A DNA stretch of 64,000 bases from Basidiobolus meristosporus CBS 931.73 (taxonomy: Eukaryota > Fungi > Basidiobolomycota): contig MCFE01000254.1 in NCBI GenBank assembly GCA_002104905.1, positions 49,552 through 113,551 of the forward strand, given 5' to 3'. Made by a program: the position numbers and the translations under genes. The stretch's first letter is position 1, and every line of letters begins with the position of its first letter. Shown here one piece after another: positions 24,801-37,229 of the stretch. The notes beneath the pieces were generated by a model, which made no database searches, was not told where the DNA came from, and worked only from the letters and a program-made list of their open reading frames with translations.

Positions 24801-25765
24801 TCCTTGGCATTAACATCATCACCCACATCGATGCTTTCTTCCACTGCCGAAGTAGCGGGATCGAGTACGTCGCTGTCGGGGATTGGTGTTTCGACGCCTG
24901 GTACGTTTTGGCCCTCCTCTATATCTTCTTTTGCCGCGTCTGAACTAGGATCGTTCCCAATACTCGTGGGGGCATCAGTTTCCAGAGCAACGCCTATTTC
25001 CTCTGGCTCATTTGGGGGACTCGTTGGTTGAATGGGTGTGCTCTCCTCTGGTGTGTTTTCAGGAGGTGATATCTTTTCGTTGGTTGTGGTTTCTGCTGAT
25101 TCCGGTGGCTCAACTTTATCATTGGGTTCATCCGATTCGCTTTGTGGGAGTGGCACTTCCATAGCAATATCAGGTGTGCCCAGGGGACTTACCTGGTCCT
25201 TGCTCGTAGTGTCTTCAGGTGCCACAGGAGTGTCGCAGGTTCGTTCAGAAGCCCTGTCAGGCTCTGAAACAGTGTCACTGGCACCCTCAGCACCTTGAAG
25301 CGGATCCCATGTCACCTCTGTGGATGATCGGGTTGATACGCTTTTGATAGATAGCGCATCCTGTTTGTTAATATCAAGATTCGGGCTAGATGACGGTTCC
25401 TCAAGAGACTTTGCTTCACTCAAAGGCTTTTTTTTCGCACCAGCTTTACTTTTCTTTCCTTTGGTAGCTTTCTTAGGCGCGCCAGCGCCAGAAACTGCTG
25501 CTGCCAACCTGGCAGCTAAACGATCCTGGTCCAAAGAAGGCTTTGCACCTGCGGTGGGAGGTTTAGCTAAGAAGAGAAGAAGCTCATCGATCAGCCCACT
25601 GACAGGTCCGCGTATACCTATTCATCACACTTACTCACACTTAGTTAAAGACTCTTGCTCCCTCAGTTTATCTTGGGCAGCCTTCTCCAAGCTAGTCTCT
25701 ACCGAGTTTATGGCCTGTTTCAAAAACCCGCCCCACGAAGCACGATTGTTTTGCGAACCCTCCAT
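21895..25765 (-). CDS. TMF1/SGM1: TATA element modulatory factor / Golgi coiled-coil protein (multi-exon)
   Basis: Inferred start MEGSQNNRASWGGFLKQAINSVE; acidic low-complexity exon; long coiled coil; C-terminus EKSELVEELKSDISDMKEMYRVQI (TMF TATA-binding domain). Confidence 0.82.
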
Positions 25766-27069
25766 CTGGCCGTTCTTGTTTGGAAAGCTCGTGAACTTGC
25801 TAAGGAAGAAACGTATTCCTCACCAACCAAAGTTAAATGTGTTTAGGAGATTGGTATAATTGATTAGGTTTCCATGATTAGAGATTAACTTAACCAAATC
25901 CAACATCAGGAACTCGATTTGAGTGGAATTTCTGGCTGAATCCCCTCCTGCGTGTTCCATGGAGTATCAAGATGGATTGGTTGTAACCTGCCTTCTACAG
26001 TTACTGAATAATTCTGAGCTGGACCTTATATAGCGAGCGCAATAGAAGCACATGTGTCGAAGCTAATGTCAACCCAGGCGCAACCCAGCAATCACACAGC
26101 CCACCAATCCCCCATGTCGCCCTATGGACCGCGCGATACCACGCTCAACTGACATCTCGACGTCAAGCATGTCTCGGAGCACAGAGTATATGGCAACAGA
26201 GCTTCAAGTACAGCCAGCAATTGGAGGGCAGTTCGACTCGATAATCATGAATTACCCCTTCTGGCTTACAGTGGACTAGAACGCACCTTGACGATTTAGT
26301 AATTCGAACATACAGTCACTCCAGTAATGGTGAATGATGGATAATGTTATAGAATACTATAATGAGGCCCTTCGAATATGCAGGTTAAACGTAGCCATGA
26401 TGTAGAATGACTTCACACTGACCATTGGCCAGCATCGCCAAGGAGGGAGAAGGAGCCCTGATTTGGAGCGAATGGACCAGCTATTCTAGATTCATGGGGT
26501 GGGGTGCTCCTTGAATTTGAGTTGTATTGGTGGGTATTACAGAGATGGTCCTCGCAGAGACCGTCCAACTAATTAGATAATCAGCTATGATCCTGAGAGG
26601 GGGTACAATCTGTTGATCATTTAGAGCTGTCCCATTTGAGGCGTATTCCTGCACCGAAGCGGCGCTTTTTCCAAAGAAATCCGTGTCTTAGCTAAGAATT
26701 ATGCCTTTTCCAATGGGATTCGGATGCTCGATATTTACGCTCTCCACTTGACCGAACCCTTCTCGGATCGTCCTGGTAGATCCACGAAGGGATCTGTATA
26801 TTTCAATGCATCGCCAGTCTTGAGCACGGGATACTGATTCATACTTGCTTTTCCGGTTTCGACCAACAGAGTTACACATGCCATTTTTGGAAAGATAATT
26901 TTTACCAATCATGGCCAGATTTGAGTATAACCAATTAGGTCCGAGTGAGATATCCTCGGGGCTTTGTATAAAAGGTGTTTCGTCAGAACCCTGAACAAGC
27001 CAACCTGCGCCTTATTGCGTTGATCTCCAGTGCTATTTATCTTTCTCGCGTTACAGTACATTCCTCATC

Positions 27070-28089
27070 ATGCCCGCGCCTATTGACTATACCGCACAAT
27101 GTACTCCAACATTCCAAAAAACTCCTAGGGCTGAACCCGCTGAAATAGCGAACTTTGAGTAAGCATCTCAACGAACTGACTTCTTCGTCCGCTCGGATAT
27201 TAATGATTCTCTGTTTTTCAGAAGCTTCGATTTTCAGTTCCCCAATGTGTATGAGCCCCAGCCCACTGAGGAGGACTTCCTCCAGCCCAGAGACTTGGAG
27301 GGCTCATTTTGTAGAGATTTCTCATGCTGTGGCCTTATCTTAGAAGACCTCCATGACTTACTTCAACACTTCGAGGAGTGTCACGTTCGCTTCGAAACCG
27401 ACGATGCCCAGGGTTTATACCAAGAGGATGACTGGTCAACCTCTAGTGACTCGGGTGTTACCACCCCCTCCTCTCCCGTCTCCGACCCCTCCCTTGCCGG
27501 GGATTTCAGACATGAGGTCATCTCTCTCAACGATGTGTACTCCGAGGAGTCTCTCTTGCAAAACGAGACCTTCGCTTCTGCCTTTGACAATTCGATCCTT
27601 AGAGCCGGCCAACCTACAAAGAAGCGTATGGCCGCAGAAACCCTGGTCACTCCTGCCAAGAAGATCGCTCCCTCATACGTTTTTGATGTGAGCACTCTCC
27701 CCCAGACCTTCTCCGAGGAGGAGCTCTTCACTGGAATCCCATCCATATACTCCCCAGATTTTGTCGCCGGTGTGGATGATCTTCTGCAAGCCGCTGCTGG
27801 TGTGGTTCCGGTCGAGAACGTCGAGGTCAAGACTGCCCCCGCCGAGAAGCCATACAAATGTCCGGTTCCAGGATGCGAGAAATCCTACAAGAATGCCAAC
27901 GGATTGAAATACCACAAGCTCCACGGACACTGCTCCAACGGAGATGGCTCCAAACCCGTCATCAAGCCATACAAGTGCTCATACCCCGATTGCGGCAAAA
28001 GCTACAAGAACCTCAACGGATTGAAGTACCACATCGAACATACCCATGTCTTGACGTTAGCCCAGACCGCCACCTCCATCGCCATCTAA
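27070..28089 (+). CDS. SFP1: Sfp1-like C2H2 zinc-finger transcription factor (one intron, 27159-27221)
   Basis: FCRDFSCCGLILEDLHDLLQHFEECH plus two KPYKC...GC.KSYKN.NGLKYH fingers; GT-AG intron joins MPAPIDY in frame. Confidence 0.88.
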
Positions 28090-29515
28090 GTTCGCCCAGA
28101 CCCAGCTGGCGGAAGCATTTCTCCGCAGACGCATTTATATATAGCATTTTATTTCCCACTTGCTGTGGAACAAGAACACGTACCATATAGATTGGGATTA
28201 CTTCGTATACTTCTCAGCATATGCGGGAGTGAGGCACTCTGCGCAGTATTTACCATCATTCACACCCCGCCAGTTTCAGAATGTATATAGCCTGCCCTCC
28301 AAGTCATTCACAACTATCATAGAAACCATCCATCATCATAGCAAGATTGTCCTGAATAAATCGTCTTGACACACAATAGCGTCCACTGATTGTACCACGC
28401 ATTTCATTAATCGGCCCAATCAGGAGGGTCCATGCCCTAGGCTACACACAGGGAATACCATGGGGGATGAATGCAGAGAAAGGGAACACTGGGTGGCCGT
28501 TGTGCGACGAAACCCTTGTTAGGCAATGGATCTTGGACCCTACTCGGGTTTCTTGTACTGATCATCTGGCAGGGGATTTGTTCGGAGCATCCAAGTCCTA
28601 GTCATTGCTGATCTGGTAACGCTCTGTGATCTGTAGCACTTCCGCGCAGATAAACTCAAGGTATTGCTTTACTCGGTGCATATGTATATACTGCGCGACG
28701 TATGATAAGGTGAGCGAGCACAGCACGAACCATTTAGACGGATATGGAAATTCGCTTGTTTCTCCACCTGCTTCGATACATATAAACGACCGATCCGGTC
28801 GTTTGAACACAGGCCTCCTAATGCAGCACCATCGCGAGCTTGTACCTCATTGAGTTGCTAAATCCTTGAGAAACCCACCCATTTCCCACAGTCCTCTCGT
28901 TGGGATCCAATTATCGGGTAAATGAGCGGGCCAGGGACACGAGTAATTGTCAAATCCGCGTAGGTGCAGGTGTCACAACCACACTTGATGGCCGCTTGTT
29001 TCTACACTTGGTCGTAGCTGGGGTTGAGTGGATGGCCAGGTTGAGGGTTGGGGATCACTCGATTCCAGAATAGTCAATTTATACATTTGGAGTATCATTG
29101 ACCAAGCCAAACGTTGATCCACAGTAGCGTGGTTTGTCTTTCAATGGAGGCTGAAATCGAGAGTACGCTTCAGGGTAGGTTACTCACACACCGGGTGTAT
29201 GCAATCCCCAGGGCCGTTGAAGGATTTGTACCTCACGCACCAATATCACATCCACGCTACGTCTTTATGCGTTATTCAATATTGGCAGGATTCTGGCTTA
29301 TATATGGCTGCGACCATAGTGGATTTGGATAGCCTCGCAGCATTGATTCAATCCACCCATCGGCCCAATCAGATGCCGAATGGGACTCAAGCTAATTTCC
29401 TAAACAGAAAATGGTGGTTGTTGTATACAAGTTTGCTCTTTGGTTGATTTAGAGGTTACTGTCGACGATACCACTCCCATCTTAGTTATTCGAGATAAAC
29501 CGTTTCCTTTCACCC

Positions 29516-30965
29516 ATGACTCAAAGTGACCTCGATCGGTAATATTTCCAACTCACATTTCTCATCTGCCAAGTCCCATCTTCTCACTTCTGGAAATCCC
29601 CCTCGTAACAGCCAGATTGAACAACTAAGACGTTGTGAGATCATCACCGAAAACGAAGTGAAGCAGCTATGTAACAAAGCTCGCGAGATCCTCATCGAGG
29701 AAAGCAACGTCCAGCGAGTAGATGCGCCCGTCACGGTATACCCTTTGTTCACTATCCATTGCTTTTGACTGGCTTACCGTAAGGGTGCCCAACCATGGAA
29801 TGATAGTAACTCCTCGCGTCTCTAGATCTGCGGAGACATTCACGGACAGTTCTACGACCTTAAAGAGCTCTTCAAAGTCGGAGGCAAATGCCCCGACACC
29901 AACTATCTGTTTATGGGTAAATTGCTACCAATCTCTTCACCATCTGTTCCATGCTGACCCAGTTGTCGACGTAGGGGATTTCGTGGATCGAGGTTTTTAC
30001 AGCGTCGAGACTTTTCTCCTGCTACTCGCCCTTAAAGTAAGCCACGCATCCGTGTTGTCTTGAACGCAGTGTATTGATGTGCTGAATTTGACCAGGTCCG
30101 CTACCCCGATCGGATTACTTTGATTCGTGGCAATCACGAGAGTCGCCAGATCACCCAAGTATACGGCTTCTACGAAGAGTGCCTTCGAAAATACGGCTCC
30201 CCTAATGTTTGGCGCTACTGTTGTGAAATATTCGATTATCTCAGTCTCTCCGCCATCATAGACGATAAGATATTTTGTGTTCATGGCGGACTCTCTCCCT
30301 CAATCACAACTGTTGATCAGGTATCACCTATTTGTCACAGGAATTGTATGCGTCTCCCCGACATCGTACCTAATGCCACATCTCCAATAGATCCGTACAA
30401 TCGATAGAAAACAGGAGGTGCCTCATGACGGTGGAATGTGTGATCTTTTGTGGTCGGATCCAGATGGTACACTTGATGCTATCACCTAGATGTTTGTGCG
30501 CTTGATTAACACTGTTGGCAACTAGAAATCGAAGGGTGGGGGCTGAGTCCGCGTGGTGCTGGCTATCTATTCGGTGGGAATATAGTGAAATCGGTAAGTG
30601 TCGCTCGGGAGGGCATTGTATATGGAAGGATACTCATGCTGCGTATCTTGTAGTTCTTGCATGCCAACAACCTAGACCTGATCGCCAGAGCGCATCAGCT
30701 TGTCATGGAGGGGTATAAGCTAATGTTCGACGACACCATTGTCACTGTCTGGTCCGCGCCAAACTATTGTTACAGGTAAGCTATCTAGAGTCGACCCGTC
30801 AACGTTTCATGGGCTGATCCCAATCATGATCCAAGGTGCGGCAACGTAGCAGCGATTCTGGAGTTGGATGAGAATCTGAATAAGAACTACAAGATTTTCG
30901 AGGCGGCGCCGCAAGAGGTTCGAAACGTCCCTGCCAAGAAGCCTGCCCCGGATTACTTTTTGTAG
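29516..30965 (+). CDS. PPH3: Ser/Thr protein phosphatase 4 catalytic subunit (multi-exon)
   Basis: [65 protein letters not shown]-terminal DYFL. Confidence 0.93.
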
Positions 30966-31207
30966 ACGGGATGTCCCCCAAGGTGGACACCCTTCGTCGA
31001 ACCTATTCATTATGTCAATAGCACTTCCCACGATCAGAATCATGTATATTTATTGGATCTACGCAACGTTCTCAATAGCTTTCATACTTCCACCCTGGTG
31101 TTCCATTCGATTCGACCCCTCCCTTCCGCTCCAACCACCTTCCCATTCCCCACCTCCTGTTGATTTCGACGCCCTCGAGGTTTGGTTGTCCTTTGGTCGT
31201 ATGATTA

Positions 31208-32279
31208 TCACTTGACCTTTGATGTTGTTCCCGGGTACACCGTATGGGATTGTGCAAGCAAGCCATTTATTTCCACAGTAAAAGGTGAACAGGGGAGGGG
31301 ATCGAACCCTATTGGAACTCCAGAAGAGTACTTGAGAAATAAAGAGAAAGAAAAATCTAAGGAAACCCCGAGCAAACCGCGTGAGAACCACAGCCCATTA
31401 TGTGTGCGGTATCTCAGAAGATCGGTGATGGTGATCATCTTGATATCATGGCTGAGAGCAAACGCCTTGCAGTCATCTCGACGTGCCATGGTACCATCGT
31501 CATTGATCAACTCACAGACCACTGATACGGGGCTTAGGCCAGCTAATCTACATCGATCTAGAATGGAGCGTTGAGCGTGTGGCTTGTGCCGTACGATGGC
31601 ATATTCCATTTACCCACTCCAGCTTCTGTGTGTCCTATCCGAGTGAGTATACCGCCGTCCCGTGCACACAGAGGAAGAATGTGCCCGGGTCGGTTGAATT
31701 CGGATGGCTCAACGAGGGAGAAGTCGGCCAAGCTTCGAGCGGTCAAGGCCCTATCATGAGCCGAGATTCCTGTGGTGGTGTCTAAAGATTCGCGTTATGT
31801 CGATGCACTTGCGGTTGTGACAGACAATTGGAGAGGGGCGTACTATGACGATAGTCCACGCTAATGGTGTAGGCGGTCTTCTGAGGGTCGCTGCTTATGC
31901 GGACCGTGAGTGGGAGCTGAGGTTGGTCCGCCCGCTCGTTGGTTAAAGGAACGCAAACATAGCCACTAGGGGAAAGTAGTGCGTTTATTGGGTAGACTGT
32001 ATGCAGAAGATGGGCTTAGGAAAAACCTCGTGTGGCGTATCATAAATGCCAGCGATTCGGTGGTGGCCTTTTCGGTCGCCAAGATAAGATCCCCTTCGTT
32101 CTCCCGAACCTCGTTATCCACTACGATCAGGAATCGGCCTGAAGCTAGAGAATACCAATTGAGACGGGCTGGACGAGCGACCACACGTAACCTTTAACAC
32201 TCCACTCACCAAAATCCTTCAGGGCGGAAGGGATGTCGTCGAACTCGCATATCACCTGGCGCGGTGAAGGGGTGGTCAT
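31208..32279 (-). CDS. RIB3: 3,4-dihydroxy-2-butanone 4-phosphate synthase (multi-exon; 3' end uncertain)
   Basis: [64 protein letters not shown]. Confidence 0.92.
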
Positions 32280-32465
32280 GCTTAGCTGGGTCGCAGCAAG
32301 CTTGGGAAGTAAGCAGACGTTCAAGACAGGTGGGCATAGGCGGTCACGTTTATTTGTCATGTTGAGGGGGATTATGGATGGGATGGGTTGGGTTGGGAGG
32401 GAGAGGGGGACGTAAATGATTACAAGCGTAGTGTGGAAAAAATACATTTAAATAGAATATACACT

Positions 32466-33627
32466 CTAGAATCGGGGCTTACGCTTTCTGGCGGTGTACT
32501 TGGAGTCGCGCGGGACATTCTCCTTACCACGGGTTCTTGATAGCTCCTTCTTACGGAGGACCCAATTCTTATCCTTGATGGGGCGTCTGCTTCCCCTGTT
32601 GCTACGACGCTCGATAACCCTAAGTTGAGCAAAGTTAGTACGGGTGGTCCACCTATCGGCCGTCTCCCAGAGGCGTACCTTTTGTTTGCGTAGGTGACTC
32701 CGTTGGATTCGTCCTCCTCACCAAGCGCCTTGGGAAGGTCTTGTGGGGCGGACTGACCGGCGAAAAGACAGAGATAGAATTTCTTGGCCTTGTTGCTGTT
32801 GGGGTAGTCGATGACCAAGCCACCGGTGAAACCGGACTTCATGGCAGCGTTCATGATCATCTCGATTTGATCGTCGTTTTCCGGGTAGAATTGGAAGACC
32901 GCGCGGGCCCCTCGCTTCAACGCCATAAACAGGGTGGAGAAGAAACGGGCCAGTCTGGCCTTGGGATTGTGGATCTGCTTATCCGCATTGCAAAGCCATT
33001 GAAGTACAGAAATACTGAATTGATGGCGAGCGGGGGTTAGCGGGATGTGGGGTTGACACACGAACCGGTTGAAAACACAAACCTCATGGCTCCGTCGAAG
33101 GTACCTGGCCTGAAGCCCATCCCCTCACCAGCATCCTGAAGGAACAAATCCCCCTCGACCTCACGTTCCAACGCGATGTCTATCAAGAACAAGTAAGTAT
33201 GGGCGCGCATATACACCGCAGCGAACGAAACGGATGCATACCGAGCATGGCCGGGGCGATATCGAAACCAATCCAAATGTGCCCTTCCTCGTCTAAAATC
33301 TCCCCACTAAGGCCGGAGCCACAGCCGATATCCAACAAGAAGCAGGACTGATCCTCGGGAAGGTTGAGCAGCTCCAGGGCACGAAACGCCATCTCAGCCT
33401 GAATGGCCGCGATACGGGTGCTTTGAAAACGGGGAAGCAGAACTTAGCGTTGGTTGTCCGAGAGAAAGCAAACGGGGCAAACCTTTGGTACGTACTTGGA
33501 GGTGTATTTGGCTGCCTCGACGTCGTTGTAAACCTGGTCAACAAGCGAGTGAGAAGGGGACCGGGGGTATCGTTTGACACCGGGCACTTACGAATTCCGG
33601 GGGACCTTGATGCTCGGGACGTGACAT
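32466..33627 (-). CDS. BUD23: 18S rRNA guanine-N7 methyltransferase (multi-exon)
   Basis: [50 protein letters not shown]-terminal [12 protein letters not shown]. Confidence 0.93.
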
Positions 33628-33789
33628 GGTCGATAGAATTTCAATAGAACGTACTTCCTCTACGGTGCACTCGATGCTTGCCCGAAGTGGCCGATTTTTC
33701 TACGGAAAAAAAATGGAAAAAAAAGAAATAGGTTTGGTGTGGGCAACTGGAGTTTAATCAGGATCTGGGATTCGTGCATAGGAATCTTC

Positions 33790-35766
33790 CTAAACTTCGC
33801 GGAAATCACCCACAATTAGGCATTTCGGAATTTTACTAATTATCAATAGGTTAGGTGGAGGGAGGGGCGGGGAAGGGGGTCTACACTTTGAACTTAAGAT
33901 GAGACTATCCAAATCATCTTTGTTTAACGGGGTGAACTTCTGGTTCCCCTTAGTGGTGCTGTTCCAGATGGGCGCGTTGGTGGAAGCAAGTGTATTCATG
34001 GAAGGTCCATTGCTACGCTTAGGCTGCTCCTTCTGGCCCAGATTGTCAAGTGATACAAGGCTTCCATGCTTGCCCCAGATGTCGTCTATGTTCAAGTTGG
34101 AGAATTGCTTATTTAAGTCAGGCTAGAAACGCAAAGTTAGACTTCGAGTCGGTGGGAGGGAGCTCTTTGGCGAGTACCTTGTTAGTCTGTGGTGGAGATT
34201 GCTGAGAGGCGGCGTGGCCCATGGGTGATAGGGGTTTAGATGTGGAGGTGGGGGACAAAGTATTGATCGAGTTGGTGGGCTTGTTGTTGCTCGCTGGGAG
34301 ATCGCTGGAGAAGAGGTCAAAGTCCAACAAATTGGTAGTCGTACTAGTACCATTCTGCTTGCCTGAAGTCTGTGGTGCAGACAGTGGCATTACGGGGGCG
34401 CTAGAAGTCAACACAGGTGCGGGGGCCTGGGAGCTTTGAGGCGTAGTTTGGAAATCGCCAAAATCATCATCTAATCATAGCAAGCATAGGTTAATGCAAG
34501 AAACACCCAAAAGGTATGGCACAGCAGTCTACCATCAGCAGTAGCTTGGAATGTTCCCCACTCATCTTCCACTGCGGCGGTTGGTTGACTAGGCTCGTCA
34601 AAGCTGAAGAGATCCATGGTGGGGGCTGGTTCCTTTTTGGTGGCCTTCGTGTTGGTGTCTGAAGTTGCCTTGGGTGTGAAATCACGTTTGGTGGCTTTGG
34701 AGGTGTAGCTGCTACCATTACCAAAGCCATTGCTCACATTGTCGTCGTCGTCGTCATCATCATCATCAAACGCACCTAACAAAAGGGTTAATAACTTGGC
34801 AGGTGTGAAGTGCAGCACATCCCCATTTACCCGATTGAGAGTCGTAGTTGCTATTGCTGTTGGAGTATGAATCGCTGCCGAAACCCTGGTATCGTGAGCG
34901 GCTCCCGCTTCCACTGCTGCTTCCAAATCCACTATCGCTCCCAAATCCTCTGTAACGTGACCCTGAATCCCCGCCAAAGCCAGCTGCTTCCGAGCTCACA
35001 CCAGTGTATTTGTTCCGATTGGCCTTGGCCTTCTTACGCTCCTCTTTGATGTCCTCGGAGTTGCTTAGCAGGTCGACGATTAGCTTCGCGCGTGTACGAA
35101 CTACCAGACGGTGTGTGGTTAGGGACGTAGGACTCCGTCATACGCAAGTACAGATAACAAATACCATTGACTCCTTGGTCCTTGTTCTTTTCGTCAATGT
35201 AATGGAAGCTGCGGAACATCTTGATCATGGATAAATGGCCGCGAGCATCGTCTATCACCTTCTCAGACCCATTCTTGATCAGATACTCGAGAAGCGTAAG
35301 AGCCTGGCAAAAAGCAATCAGTACCATAGGTCTACCCGGCCTATATATCCAAGTATTCTGGAAAGGCGCCAACCTTGTAGATTTGTCTCCAATCTTTGGC
35401 CTCCTTCTCGGTAAACCGCTTGTATATCGTTCCCATAATCTCGTTGAAGTATTGGCTGTTCATAAAGGGAACTTGTGTGAATGGAGATGGCCCCGTTGAG
35501 AATAAACAAGGAAGCAGCTTACAAGTTGTAGGTCCCTTGGGCGATTTCTTGCATCAACGTGCTGGAAGCCCCCCACGGATCGTTGTTGGTGGCTTCTCTA
35601 ACCTTCGCCTCCATCTCAGTGTAATTGTAGACGACATTCTTCCTAAAAATCAGGCGAAAGAAATCAGATGGGCCGCTGCCTTGGTTGTCTGGGGAGAGCG
35701 TACTCACACTTTGGTGATCACCTCTTTGATGTCCCAGAGCGAGTTGATGGAGTTGAACGAGTTCAT
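33790..35766 (-). CDS. ENT3: ENTH-domain epsin-related protein (Ent3/CLINT1-like, multi-exon; 3' end approximate)
   Basis: KNVVYNYTEMEAKVREATNNDPWGASSTLMQEIA; ALTLLEYLIKNGSEKV; DDDFGDF and DLF motifs. Confidence 0.82.
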
Positions 35767-36098
35767 TGCTGATATTCACTTCTCTAGAACAAAGTGACCT
35801 GCGAATACCAAAATTCCTCACGTTTATCACACTCCCAGCATGAAAGGACGATTGTAGCTTTGTAGAGAGTTGATTGGACAGAAACACGCATTCATTTCCA
35901 CAAATCCAATATGATGGCCATGTTAGTCGACTCACTGATCGATCCCCCACCCGTTCTGGCATAAACTGCAACACAAGCCAACGATTTCATATCATTCAAC
36001 TCACATACACACTCTCAATACTCTTTATGGAACATCATACATGCGTAATATACTACGTTGTGCGCAGGGTTTTATTGGAATGCTTTTAATATAGTAAT

Positions 36099-36593
36099 TT
36101 ACAATTGACCACAGGCATCAACGGTGATCTTCTTGACAGTTCTACCGCTGGAGGTACCGAACTTCTCAACAGCTCTGATAACATCCATTCCCTCAACGAC
36201 GGAACCGAAGACGACGTGCTTACCATCCAACCAGGCGGTCTTCTCGGTACAGATGAAGAATTGGGAGCCGTTGGTGTTGGGTCCAGCGTTGGCCATGGAG
36301 AGGATACCGGGTCCGGTGTGCTTCAAGGTGAAGTTCTCATCGGGGAATCTCTCGCCGTAGATGGACTTACCACCGGTACCGTTGTGGCGGGTGAAGTCAC
36401 CACCTTGGCACATGAATTGGGGAATGACACGGTGGAAGATGCTGCCAGCATAACCGTATCCCTTCTCACCAGTGCAGAGAGCACGGAAGTTCTCGGCGGT
36501 CTTGGGGACAACATCGGCACGGAGTTCCATGACGACACGACCAAGGGGTTGGGCATCAGCAGAGATATCGAAGTAGACACGGGGGTTGGACAT
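36099..36593 (-). CDS. CPR1: Cyclophilin A (peptidyl-prolyl isomerase)
   Basis: 164 aa; [61 protein letters not shown]. Confidence 0.97.
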   Translation of the reverse strand: MSNPRVYFDISADAQPLGRVVMELRADVVPKTAENFRALCTGEKGYGYAGSIFHRVIPQFMCQGGDFTRHNGTGGKSIYGERFPDENFTLKHTGPGILSMANAGPNTNGSQFFICTEKTAWLDGKHVVFGSVVEGMDVIRAVEKFGTSSGRTVKKITVDACGQL

Positions 36594-37229
36594 GGTGAAG
36601 AAAGTCTGAAGGAAAGACTGGTTGGGTTACCCAATAGGGATCTGCAAGATTTATATATCAAGCCCGATCGTTCCTGAGGAAAAAAAACAAAGCAATAAAC
36701 CAACAATGCTTGGCCGGGTCTCCCATTGGTCTACCGGAGATGACGCGTCATGGTATTTGCACTGGTAAATGTTGAGCATCAATTTTGTGCAAGCCAAAAG
36801 AATCCTGTCGAAACTTCATGATTCGCCTCGAATGTTCACCTGCCATCTGCCTGATTGCTAGATTGCCTGATTGCCTGATTTACTATGATTCACCTATCCT
36901 TTGCTATTACCAGACATCCGTTTGCTTCGCGAATTATTTGTTGCGGAATAGCAGAGGCTGTATGATATTGGTGAATCCTTGTTTTGTCAGGATGTGGCTT
37001 GGGTGTAGATGCGTCATGAAAGATAAGATCATTTCCCTGAGGATGGCAATATCAGCTCAGTGTGGTCTTTATTTGGCTGCTTTGGTTCTCAGCAATGGAA
37101 GCATTGCTGTTATTGGCAATTCGAGGATGGCGGGTGGTGGGTGGTGGGTGGTAGATAGTAATTAACATTATGTACATGGAGGAGATTGCCAGTGGGTTGG
37201 GTTAGGGTTGGGTGTGTCGTTCACACGCT

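Noticed and set aside
31288-31312. tRNA T-arm-like AGGGTTCGATCCCCT on the minus strand
   Set aside because: No D-arm, anticodon arm or acceptor stem around it.
36105-36706. Long ORFs overlapping cyclophilin, and similar ones at 18838-19281, 25320-25859, 27381-27857 and 55018-55551
   Set aside because: Antisense or alternative-frame shadows of real genes with biased codon usage; no motifs of their own.
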